A program made the position numbers and the translations under genes. Positions 1 to 9,223 of a stretch of 64,000 bases of DNA are shown one piece after another; position 1 is the first letter of the stretch; every line of letters begins with the position of its first letter. This DNA comes from Planctomycetota bacterium. GTDB taxonomy: Bacteria; Planctomycetota; PLA2; JAEUHO01. The stretch is taken from NCBI GenBank assembly GCA_965222115.1, contig CBDCTJ010000003.1, positions 64,001 through 128,000 of the forward strand. The letters run 5' to 3'. The notes beneath the pieces are model-generated. The model saw only the letters and a list, made by a program, of their open reading frames with translations, did no database searches and was not told where the DNA came from.

Positions 1-120
1 GCTGCATGGGCGCGTCCTTGGACAGCGCCGCGCGCGGCAAGGTATCACATCCGGCCTGAAGTTGCTCGGAGTGGAAGCGGAGAAGCATACAAAATCGAAA
101 CAAGACGCGCATTGCCGGGC

Positions 121-918
121 TCAGCGACTTGCAAGGATGCGTCGGGCGATGGCGGCTGCCCAGGTCCTGGGCACAAAGCGCTGCGTGAAGACGAGCAGCT
201 TGTTGGTAAGGCCGGGCACCACCTCCATGCGCCCACGCATGAGGGCCTTCACACCTACACGGGCCACGCGATCGGCGGGCATCCGCATATTGAGTAGACC
301 GGAAAGGTTGCGATATCCGGCCGCATCAAAAAACTCGGTGTCGGTCACGCCGGGGCAGAGCGCCGTCATAGCGACGTCCGTGTGTTTGAGTTCTTGATGG
401 ACCGAGTTGCTCCAGCCAAGAAGGAACGCTTTGGTGCCACCGTAACCGCTCTGGTATGGCGCCGCTTGAAACCCCGCAACGCTTGAGACATTTAAGATGC
501 CTCCGCGATTGCGTTCGAGCATGCCCGGCAAGAGATTGCGTGCAAGCACGACGGACGCCGTCACATTGAGATCGATCATCTTGAGCGTGCGCTTAAGGTT
601 GGCGCGATCGAAGCGACCGGGTACCGAGAATCCCGCATTGTTGATGAGCACGTCAATGTCGCCCAGCGACTCGTGCGCTTTCAAGAGTACGTGCTCGGCG
701 CCCTGCGGAACCGAGAGATCTGCTTCAATGGCATGCGCTGTCTTGGCACCTCGTTCCAAGAGGATGGGCAACAGGGCTTGCAATCGATCGCCCCGACGCG
801 CGGTGACGCAAATGCGTGCATGGCGATCGGCAAGCAGCAGCGCGATCTCGCGTCCGATACCGGAACTCGCACCAGTAACAAGGCAGCCGAGGTCGTCAAA
901 ACTCTTGATGCGTCCCAT
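121..918 (-). CDS. SDR family oxidoreductase
   Basis: TGASSGIG Rossmann motif, NNAG, catalytic YGGTK. Confidence 0.9.
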   Translation of the reverse strand: MGRIKSFDDLGCLVTGASSGIGREIALLLADRHARICVTARRGDRLQALLPILLERGAKTAHAIEADLSVPQGAEHVLLKAHESLGDIDVLINNAGFSVPGRFDRANLKRTLKMIDLNVTASVVLARNLLPGMLERNRGGILNVSSVAGFQAAPYQSGYGGTKAFLLGWSNSVHQELKHTDVAMTALCPGVTDTEFFDAAGYRNLSGLLNMRMPADRVARVGVKALMRGRMEVVPGLTNKLLVFTQRFVPRTWAAAIARRILASR

Positions 919-948
919 GCAATCGATTCTAGCCCGAAACCTGCGTAC

Positions 949-3900
949 TCATTCGACGAGCGATCGCCAATTCGGAGGGTAACGTTGAAGCAACTCGGCG
1001 CGTGCCAATGCTTCGCAGAGTCGCCTTGTTTCGCGCAGCCGCTCGCCGTCGATGTCGATGGGCAACTCCACCGGTTCACGACTCCATGACGGATCAAGCA
1101 GGACCAGCGCAGCGCCAGCGATATCGGTACCGAGAACTCGCTCGGCCATCAGCGCATAGAGTCGCAGTTGCCACCCGTAGTACGCCTCAAGAGAAGCGGG
1201 CGACGGAAAACGATCAGAACGCGTATTGGTCTTGTAGTCGAGCACCCACACGCCGTCCTTACGAGGCAGCCACAAGTCGATAGACCCTTTGACGAGCAGT
1301 GAATCGAACCCGGCCACGGTCTTCTCGGCCCCCGCCACGGTCGGAAAGCGAATGCGCGCATGAAGATCCAATTCGCGTTGCGGCGGTGTGCCGCGTCCCG
1401 CGAGGGCTGTCTCAAGCTCTTGCGCAAGTGGGCACTCGAGAAATCGGTAGAGCAGGGGCGCCACGGCGGCCTTTACCTCGGCGTCGGCATAGGGCTCCAA
1501 CGCCACCGCACAGTCCAAGGCCCGCGCGGCATCTTTGGCGAAGGGCGGGCGAACAAACTCAAGGGCGGCGTGCAGCGTGCGGCCAATGGCGTCACGCGGA
1601 ATGGACGTGCCCGATTTACTGGCGACGTCGGTCGCGAAGCGTTCGTCGAGTGCGCGCCCGGCGTGTTGTTCGTTCACGAACCCAGTTGCAGGCAGCGCAT
1701 ACCGGTCGGGCGAGTCGTCGGTCGCGTTAAGCAACGTCGACTGTGAATTGGCGCCCAATACACAGTGGCGGTAATACTCAGAGGGGCTCTTCGCAAACGT
1801 AAGCAGTTCGGACACGCTCACAACGTAGCGCGTGCGTCTCAGGGGCGCGACGTGTCCCTCGATGCGCCGCATGTGCTCGTCGGCCTCGCGAGCAGCTTCC
1901 TTTTTCAACGCAACGGGAATCGCGGGTGGCCACGACGCGGATTCGGTGGCACGCGATGCACCGCTGTCGGCGGGTTCCAGTTCGGTTACAGACACCCGCA
2001 TCGTGCCCGCGCCGAGCCGAACGTCGTATTCATCTCCCGGCGGTGGTTCGCCCGCTAGCGCGTCGAGCATCAAGCCCCATGGACCGGATCGAGCGGGCGC
2101 GCCTTTTTGCGTTCGGTGGGAAAATTGTCCGCTCAGATACAAGCGCTCCTCAGCGCGAGTGGTGGCGACATAGAAGAGTCGCATCAACTCCTGTTGTTCA
2201 GCCTCGGATCGCTTGTTCGCCAAGACACGGGTTCCGCTCGGCATGCGTTTCACGCCCTCGATGGGGTCTGATAGTGCGACGCCCAAGCCACCCGTAGGCG
2301 TGAGCAACACCGATGGTGAACGGGCCGACGTCATGCGCGTCACATCGGCGATGAACACAACCGGATACTCAAGACCCTTGGCTGCGTGAATCGTGCTCAG
2401 ACGGACTACGTCTTGTCCTTCTCCACCAATCGGCGCATCGTGTTCGGTTTCTCCCTGCGCGCGAAGGTTGGCGACGCGCTTCAAGAACTCGGGCACACTG
2501 TGATGCCCCTGCTCATCCATTGCGGCTGCGAGCGCAACGGCCTTATGTAAGTTCGCGCTGCGACGCGCCCCGCGAATCAAGGTCAAGCTAACAGTGTGCA
2601 AGTCGAGTGCATCGATAACCGCTTCCAGGCACGCCGCGAGTGACAACGTGTGTGCGCGTGCCTGAACGCGGGCAAAGGCATGCCAACGAGCCGCGATGGA
2701 TGCATCGAGCGAGGCATCGGCCAAAATTCGTTCCCAAGCCGCACCGTGTCCATCACCAAACCAGCGGTTGACCGCCTCATCATCGGCCGCCAAGGACGGA
2801 CTCGTTGCGAGCGCGGCAAGTGCAAAGCGATCGGCTGGGTTATGAACCACACGAAGCGCGTAGATCAAATCGCCAATCTCGTCGGCAAGGTAATACCCTC
2901 GACTCGACTGGGTCAGATAGGGAATGGCGCGCTGCGTTAGCGCATCTTCAATGGAACGCAGAGACGCGCGGGCACGTACGAGGATGGCAATGTCGCGGTA
3001 TTCAATACCACGCGGTGCATCAGTTCCTTTCGTTAGCTGATCCGTTCCCGATACCAACTTATGGATGTGCCCCGCGATCCAGTTGGCTTCGGCCTTACGG
3101 CGACGATCGGTTTCGGCCTGCTCCCCTCCTACAACGAAGTGAAGTTCGCAAACGGGTGATTGATCGTCCGCCTCACGCGTTGGCGTGGCAAACGTGCCGG
3201 CAGCGTTCAGCGCTTGGAACGAAACGCCCGCGGTGTTGGGGGTCATGAGCGCCTGTCCAAGACCATTGAGCGTATCGAGGAGCTCGGGCGATGTGCGATA
3301 ACTGTTGTCGAGCACGTGCCGCGCGGCCTCGTCTACATACTCCCACTCGTCCAAAAGCACACGTACATCCGCTTTGCGAAACCCGTAAATGCTCTGCTTG
3401 GGATCCCCCACCGAAAACATGGCGGCACCGCGTCGCAGAAATCCCAACAACGTTGCCTGCAGGCGACTCGTGTCCTGGTATTCGTCCACCATCACAACTT
3501 TGGGTGCACCGCGCAACGGGTGTCCACGTTTTGCCAATCTGCTGAGCAATGCGAGCGAGCGCACCTCTAAATCTGTGAAATCAAGTGCGCCGCGCGTTCG
3601 CTTGAGTGCCTCATAGGCGTCATAGGCGTGAGTTGTGATGCGTTTGAGGGGCTCAAACAGATGGCTCTTTCCCCAATCACTCCACAGCGCGTCTTCGATC
3701 TGACCGAGCAATCGAGCGAGTTGCTCCTTATGAGGCTTCCAGAATTTCCCCGCGCTACCGACCTGCCCCGGCCACTTGGTGCAGTCGGAGCGGCTGAATG
3801 CCGTCGGAGACAGTTCGTTGCGCGCCAACTGCTTGATGAGCGTGCTCAGTTGGTTGCGGCAGGCGGGCCATTTGGCGCCCTGCGTCTTGGTGAACTGACT

Positions 3901-4581
3901 CCCTCCCAACTCAATGTCATTCACTGCAACAAGCAATTCTTCAAGCAGCGATGTGGCGTCGCGCTCGGGTTCGATCCAGTTCAGCTCGTCGGGATGCAAT
4001 CCATCATTTCGCAATGCACGAATCACGGCCGTGACGGCGGCCTTGGCGCCAAGTTGTAGGCCGTTTAGCGCCAGCAAGTCGTTGGGTGCGTTCGCCCGAA
4101 ACACCCCTAGCGCTTGATCCACCGCCTCGTCCAACAACACGCCGGCTTCGGCACTGTCGAGTACAACGAAGAGAGGATCCACACCGGCGACAAGGGCCTC
4201 TCGCCGTACAAGACGGGCGCAGTAGCTATGTATGGTTGCGATGGGTGCAAACTCGACTTGAGCGCGCGCTTCACGGAGCCATTCTCGTTCCTCTCCCTCC
4301 GCGTCGCGCAAGGCGGATTGAATCGCACCCGCCACCCGGGTTCGCATTTCACCAGCGGCTTTCTCGGTAAATGTGAGGGCGGCAATTTCGTGTGGCGAAA
4401 ATTTGTGGTCGCGAATCAAGTGGACATAACGCGACGTGAGAACGCGCGTCTTTCCCGAACCAGCGCCGGCCATGACACACGTATCCACGGGCGGCGCCAA
4501 CGCCGCTCTACGTTGCGAAGGAGAGAGCGCTTCAAAGCCCCGCGAGTCGCCACCGTCTTTCATAGCCGCATCACCGTTCAC
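949..4581 (-). CDS. addA: ATP-dependent helicase/nuclease subunit A (AddA/UvrD-like with C-terminal PD-(D/E)XK nuclease)
   Basis: AGAGSGKT Walker A, TFTEKAA, VDEYQD, VGDPKQSIYGFR, TIHAAKGLEY, YVATTRA, then GSIDL...DYKT...QLRLY; GTG start overlaps the upstream stop. Confidence 0.85.
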   Translation of the reverse strand: MNGDAAMKDGGDSRGFEALSPSQRRAALAPPVDTCVMAGAGSGKTRVLTSRYVHLIRDHKFSPHEIAALTFTEKAAGEMRTRVAGAIQSALRDAEGEEREWLREARAQVEFAPIATIHSYCARLVRREALVAGVDPLFVVLDSAEAGVLLDEAVDQALGVFRANAPNDLLALNGLQLGAKAAVTAVIRALRNDGLHPDELNWIEPERDATSLLEELLVAVNDIELGGSQFTKTQGAKWPACRNQLSTLIKQLARNELSPTAFSRSDCTKWPGQVGSAGKFWKPHKEQLARLLGQIEDALWSDWGKSHLFEPLKRITTHAYDAYEALKRTRGALDFTDLEVRSLALLSRLAKRGHPLRGAPKVVMVDEYQDTSRLQATLLGFLRRGAAMFSVGDPKQSIYGFRKADVRVLLDEWEYVDEAARHVLDNSYRTSPELLDTLNGLGQALMTPNTAGVSFQALNAAGTFATPTREADDQSPVCELHFVVGGEQAETDRRRKAEANWIAGHIHKLVSGTDQLTKGTDAPRGIEYRDIAILVRARASLRSIEDALTQRAIPYLTQSSRGYYLADEIGDLIYALRVVHNPADRFALAALATSPSLAADDEAVNRWFGDGHGAAWERILADASLDASIAARWHAFARVQARAHTLSLAACLEAVIDALDLHTVSLTLIRGARRSANLHKAVALAAAMDEQGHHSVPEFLKRVANLRAQGETEHDAPIGGEGQDVVRLSTIHAAKGLEYPVVFIADVTRMTSARSPSVLLTPTGGLGVALSDPIEGVKRMPSGTRVLANKRSEAEQQELMRLFYVATTRAEERLYLSGQFSHRTQKGAPARSGPWGLMLDALAGEPPPGDEYDVRLGAGTMRVSVTELEPADSGASRATESASWPPAIPVALKKEAAREADEHMRRIEGHVAPLRRTRYVVSVSELLTFAKSPSEYYRHCVLGANSQSTLLNATDDSPDRYALPATGFVNEQHAGRALDERFATDVASKSGTSIPRDAIGRTLHAALEFVRPPFAKDAARALDCAVALEPYADAEVKAAVAPLLYRFLECPLAQELETALAGRGTPPQRELDLHARIRFPTVAGAEKTVAGFDSLLVKGSIDLWLPRKDGVWVLDYKTNTRSDRFPSPASLEAYYGWQLRLYALMAERVLGTDIAGAALVLLDPSWSREPVELPIDIDGERLRETRRLCEALARAELLQRYPPNWRSLVE

Positions 4582-7500
4582 GATGCGCCCTCATCGGTTG
4601 GGGACTCGCGAACCCGGTCGGGCTCGGCAAATCGGCAGATGGGCACATAGGCGCAAGTGGCACACGTGTCTTTTCGAATGGGGTTTTTCGTGTGCTTACC
4701 CGCTTGAATGGCTGTGATCAGATTGTTGGCGCGTGTCTTTGCGCTGCTTAGCACCTCGCGAAACGCGTTTCGATCGCGAACCTCTGGCTTGGTGCCTTCG
4801 CGTCGAACGTCGGCCTCGGATGCAATCGTGTCCGCGGCAATGATCCTACGCTTGCGCTCGCGTAGGGCCACCCACTCCATGCCAACAACGTTTACCGCGT
4901 CGAGTGATTCCAGAGCGAGCGCATACAGGGGAAGCTGCAAGTCTTGCGTAGCAAGTGTGCGCTTGAATGCAACGTCACATGTGGTGGCCCCGGATTTGTA
5001 GTCCACGACAATGACGTCATTGCCATGTCGATCGATGCGATCGATCTGACCACGTAGCGAAACGGCACCCATCGTGGCCGGTTCATCGTAGCCAAACTTG
5101 CGTTCAAGCCCTTTGACGTCGGGCGTGTGTTTCGCAGAGGCGATGCGATCTCTCAACAATAGAACGACGCGCACCAGTTCGCCCTTCAGCAGATGGGCAT
5201 CGACATCGGATACGACATGATCTCTGCTCTTCAGATATGCAAGGACATTATCCGCAATGGATGTGGGGGTTGCACTCGAGTCACGTACCGCGAACTCAGC
5301 CGCCTTGTGCAGTGCGCTGCCGATGCCACGGGCATCGAACGCGGGGGCTTCGAAACTCAATTCATCCTCGGGCAAGCGCAGCACGCGCGCGTACCAAAAC
5401 TGATGAAGGCACGACACGGCTTTTCCAAGCGCCGACGCGGAAAGGGCGTGGGTCGCGTTTACAAAGGAACGCAACGCTTCGCTACCTGGTTCGCTCGCGA
5501 ACAGGGGGGTAGCAACGGGTCGCGATGGATCTCGAAGTCCCTGCGCGCCAAGCATCGCGTTAAGTGTCTCGGGGGACGACCGTTTAAGTAGGGCCACCGA
5601 ACGCGCGATCAACGCCGATTCATGAGTACCCGTTGACGCGACGCCGCGGGTGGACCCCGCGAGCATGGACGTGGCGTACTGCCGAATGTCATCTTTGGTG
5701 TGGCAGAGATGAAGGGGCGCGGTGCTGTGCTCATCGAGTTCCGGCGATGTAATCACGATGAGCTTCACCAATGCGGTAAGCTGATCGAGAAATAGCGATG
5801 CCGCGCGTGGTGCACCCTTGTCATCAAATCCGGCCCGCGACACCACGAGTGTGTTTTTGGCTCGAGTGACCGCGCCATAAAACAAACGTCGCTCTCGATC
5901 CTGCTTGGCGGCCGTGGTGGGCAGATGGAGCCCGCTTGACGTGGCGGCAAGTGCCAGGCGCTCTTCATCGGACAAAAAGAGATCTTCATTGGGTGAACGA
6001 GGAAACGACCCCGATTCCAGGCCCGCCACAACAACGAAGGGCAACTCCCAAAACCGCGCATCGTCCACGGAGAGAATGCTCACCGCATCGAGTCGTTGGT
6101 CGGTACGCGACACCTCCGACGAAGCAATAGCTTCGTCGACCTGTGCGAACACGGTTTCGCGCGTTAGCAACGCCTCCTCACCCATTCTGACCGCGGTACG
6201 TGCAAGCGATTCAAGAATGGTTGAAAGCCGACGGCTCGCCGCTTGAGCCCAGGCACCGGCAACGTCGGTTTGTACGTCTTCGATTGCCCCTGTTGCGGAT
6301 ACCGCGCCCCCCATCGGCACGGGCACCAGCGAAAGGAGTGCGATGCCGAATGCCTCAAACACAGACGCCGACCCTTCGTTTGACTGACACGCCGCAGCAA
6401 ATTCCTTCAAGTGATCGATGCGCGCGTGAAGGCATGCAGGTGCACGCTTGCGGTAATCCTCAAACGTTGGCGGTGCGCCGCCCTCGCGCTGTTTGAACTC
6501 GTAACCGCGCAATGCCCACATTAGATCGGCTCGTGATGCGGGATCGGTGTCTTCACCGACTTCAGCATCATCGACGTGCCACGATAAGCACCAGTGCAAC
6601 CACGCGTTTAGTGCGTGTGCGTCAAATGTTGGCGCACGCGTGTGTCCACCAAGAACGCTGAGGGGGCCGCGACACGCGCGTATCCAAGGCGATGCCGCGA
6701 GCGGTTCACCGCGACCCACCAATCGAAATGGAACTCCGCGGCGACGTAATGCCCGACCGATAGCGCGAGCGCGTCCATCCAGTTGGCGCAATACGATGCC
6801 CACATCGCGCCATCCACGAATGCCGTGAGACTCTTGCTTGGCGTAAGCACTGCGAAGCACACGTGCAATGCGCTCGGCTTCATCCGCCTCGCCCGCGCCA
6901 ACAATTCCGAACACGTGCCTTGCAGCTTGTGCGATTGGCGCATCGGCGATCGCCGCGTCAACTCCGGTTTCGTGTTCGTCACCAAACAACCGATCGGCGA
7001 TTCGCCGAAGTGGCTCGTGTGGGCTTCGTCGACTCCCGTCTAGCGAAGATTCGTGAAATCCAAAGCCAAGCAGGCGGGCGCGTGTGGCCGCAGAACTACG
7101 AAACAGGTGCGGACGACGTGGATCCCACGGCAAGGTCATGACGACGCGCCCGCCGCCGTTCACTACCAAGTCGCTAAGGCCCTCAAAGATGGTGCATTCA
7201 ACGGGGCTCAGATCGTCAAAGCCATCAACCACAAGCAGCGATGGGACCGAGGCCTGAGTCTGGGCTGCGAGTGACACCGAGAGCTCACGCAACATGTCTT
7301 CGTGATCGCGAAGGCCGGCCCCGTGCAGGCGAGTCTCATAGGCACGGAAGACGTTCATGCAGGACGCAATGCTCTGCGCACGACTTTCATGTAGCGCCGA
7401 TGATGCCTTGACGAACTCGGCCGCAATCTGCTCGAGAGGGAGGCCAGATTGCTTGAGTTCCTTTAGCCACTGCAGCAGGCGTTCGCGCAATCCCGGCAGG

Positions 7501-7880
7501 TCGTCGAGCGATGCGAACAGGGGATCGGCGACGTCGGCAAGGGCCTTGGCCATAAAACGATCACGTTCTTCAAACGTCGGCAGCGTGTGAATACGAAACG
7601 AGGGAAGATAGCGCTCAGCCGCAGCCGTGAAGGTAACGAAGGGCGCATCGAGAATGCCGCGCGCCCCCCAACGCGAAAGCGCCAAACGCTTGGTGTGCAT
7701 GACCTGCGCATAGGTAGGTAGCACAAGCAACGTCTGCGCGCTGAAGTCCACCGCATCGCCGTGGTCGGCTGAGCGCGTCGCAGAAGCACGAATCAACTCA
7801 AGCGCGAGATGGGTCTTTCCGCTTCCCGCGGGGCCGCTGATCAACGTCAGGGGAGTCCGAGCATATTCGGACGCCTTCAT
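4578..7880 (-). CDS. addB: ATP-dependent helicase/nuclease subunit B (AddB-like, PD-(D/E)XK nuclease with 4-Cys Fe-S staple)
   Basis: GPAGSGKT, VDGFDD, GQIDRID...VDYKSG...QLPLY, Cys in SCLHQFW plus C-terminal CATC-x5-C; start moved to ATG 7880 (GAGGAG upstream). Confidence 0.8.
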   Translation of the reverse strand: MKASEYARTPLTLISGPAGSGKTHLALELIRASATRSADHGDAVDFSAQTLLVLPTYAQVMHTKRLALSRWGARGILDAPFVTFTAAAERYLPSFRIHTLPTFEERDRFMAKALADVADPLFASLDDLPGLRERLLQWLKELKQSGLPLEQIAAEFVKASSALHESRAQSIASCMNVFRAYETRLHGAGLRDHEDMLRELSVSLAAQTQASVPSLLVVDGFDDLSPVECTIFEGLSDLVVNGGGRVVMTLPWDPRRPHLFRSSAATRARLLGFGFHESSLDGSRRSPHEPLRRIADRLFGDEHETGVDAAIADAPIAQAARHVFGIVGAGEADEAERIARVLRSAYAKQESHGIRGWRDVGIVLRQLDGRARAIGRALRRRGVPFRLVGRGEPLAASPWIRACRGPLSVLGGHTRAPTFDAHALNAWLHWCLSWHVDDAEVGEDTDPASRADLMWALRGYEFKQREGGAPPTFEDYRKRAPACLHARIDHLKEFAAACQSNEGSASVFEAFGIALLSLVPVPMGGAVSATGAIEDVQTDVAGAWAQAASRRLSTILESLARTAVRMGEEALLTRETVFAQVDEAIASSEVSRTDQRLDAVSILSVDDARFWELPFVVVAGLESGSFPRSPNEDLFLSDEERLALAATSSGLHLPTTAAKQDRERRLFYGAVTRAKNTLVVSRAGFDDKGAPRAASLFLDQLTALVKLIVITSPELDEHSTAPLHLCHTKDDIRQYATSMLAGSTRGVASTGTHESALIARSVALLKRSSPETLNAMLGAQGLRDPSRPVATPLFASEPGSEALRSFVNATHALSASALGKAVSCLHQFWYARVLRLPEDELSFEAPAFDARGIGSALHKAAEFAVRDSSATPTSIADNVLAYLKSRDHVVSDVDAHLLKGELVRVVLLLRDRIASAKHTPDVKGLERKFGYDEPATMGAVSLRGQIDRIDRHGNDVIVVDYKSGATTCDVAFKRTLATQDLQLPLYALALESLDAVNVVGMEWVALRERKRRIIAADTIASEADVRREGTKPEVRDRNAFREVLSSAKTRANNLITAIQAGKHTKNPIRKDTCATCAYVPICRFAEPDRVRESPTDEGAS

Positions 7881-8068
7881 GGCTCTCCTCGATTCCGATC
7901 GGTCGCGCGGGTCGAATGCGGTCCCATTCGATCCTACAAAAATGGGGCGGAGCATATTGTCATCGGGGACGGACAGCCCTGTGACCAAGGGAACGTGAAA
8001 CCCGGGAACGCTACTTGCTGGGGTCTCGCTCGATCGTTAGGGTGTCTCCCTTCGACCTGGAGCAACCC

Positions 8069-9214
8069 GTGCGATCCAACATCAATCCCAACGTGGTACT
8101 GCGCGGCACCGGGTCCTTCGTTCCACCCAATGTGATCGACAACGACAAACTGTCTACGATGGTGAAGGGCTTTGACGAATCACGATCAGGTGACTTTGGG
8201 ACGTGGGTCGACCAAGTTACACACATTCACGAGCGTCGATTCTCGGGACCCGATGTGCGTAGCTCCGACTTGGCGCGCGAGGCCTCGTTGCGCGCGCTTG
8301 CGTCGGCCGGACTCGAAGCCGGCGACATCGACATGGTGCTCTACGCATCGTTCACGCCCAGTCAGGCGATTCCCGGTGACCACTGTGTCTTGGCGCATGA
8401 GCTGGGCATGAGCTCAACGCCAACGCTACACATTATGGCTGCGTGCGCCGGCTCGATATACGGGCTCGCCCTTGCATACGGCATGATCGAGTCCGGTCAA
8501 TGCAACAACGTGTTGGTGGTCGGTACGGAGACAGCAAGCAAAGCCCTCAACTTCCATGACCCCATTACGTCCATTCTCTTTGGCGACGGCGCGGGTGCCG
8601 TGATTCTCGGACGGGGCGACGGCTCAAACGGCGCGGGTACGCTCAAGCCCGATCTCAGTTTCCTATATAGCGCCCGCAACATTCATCTTGGCAATAGCAA
8701 CATTCCGATTGATGTCGCATCGTTTCCCGACAAGGAAGTGCGCCCGGGCGTTGAACTCGTCGAAAAGTCCGTAGTCGAAATGGAGAGTGGACCCAACGTT
8801 CTGCGCACCGCCGTCAAGAACATGGCGGCCTGTGCGGCGCGTTGTTTGGGCTACGAATCCGAAGCGCTCAAAGCGCGCGATCCCGAGCTACTTGAAACGC
8901 TGTCCAATGCGTGGATCGTCCCCCACCAAGCCAATGGCCGCATTCTCGATGGACTGGCCAAAGAGCTCAAAGTGCCGCAAGAGCGTGTCATGCGCACGGT
9001 CTACGTCTTTGGCAACACATCGGCCGCCAGCAATTTGATTGCACTCGACCACGGCATTCGCCACGGCAACCTCTCGCGCGAACTCGACGAGGAAGGCAAA
9101 GTCCTGTCCATCAAGACACACGACGATCTTCGCATCCAGAAGGGCGATCTCGTGTTGCTACCATCAATTGGCGGTGGCTACCTAATGGGCTGCGCTGGTT
9201 TTCGGATGGGATAG
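8069..9214 (+). CDS. fabH: 3-oxoacyl-ACP synthase III (FabH family)
   Basis: AACAG, LFGDGAGA, PHQAN, GNTSAAS (Cys-His-Asn triad); likely GTG start at 8069 after GGAG. Confidence 0.85.
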   Translation: MRSNINPNVVLRGTGSFVPPNVIDNDKLSTMVKGFDESRSGDFGTWVDQVTHIHERRFSGPDVRSSDLAREASLRALASAGLEAGDIDMVLYASFTPSQAIPGDHCVLAHELGMSSTPTLHIMAACAGSIYGLALAYGMIESGQCNNVLVVGTETASKALNFHDPITSILFGDGAGAVILGRGDGSNGAGTLKPDLSFLYSARNIHLGNSNIPIDVASFPDKEVRPGVELVEKSVVEMESGPNVLRTAVKNMAACAARCLGYESEALKARDPELLETLSNAWIVPHQANGRILDGLAKELKVPQERVMRTVYVFGNTSAASNLIALDHGIRHGNLSRELDEEGKVLSIKTHDDLRIQKGDLVLLPSIGGGYLMGCAGFRMG

Positions 9215-9223
9215 CACGCGCGC

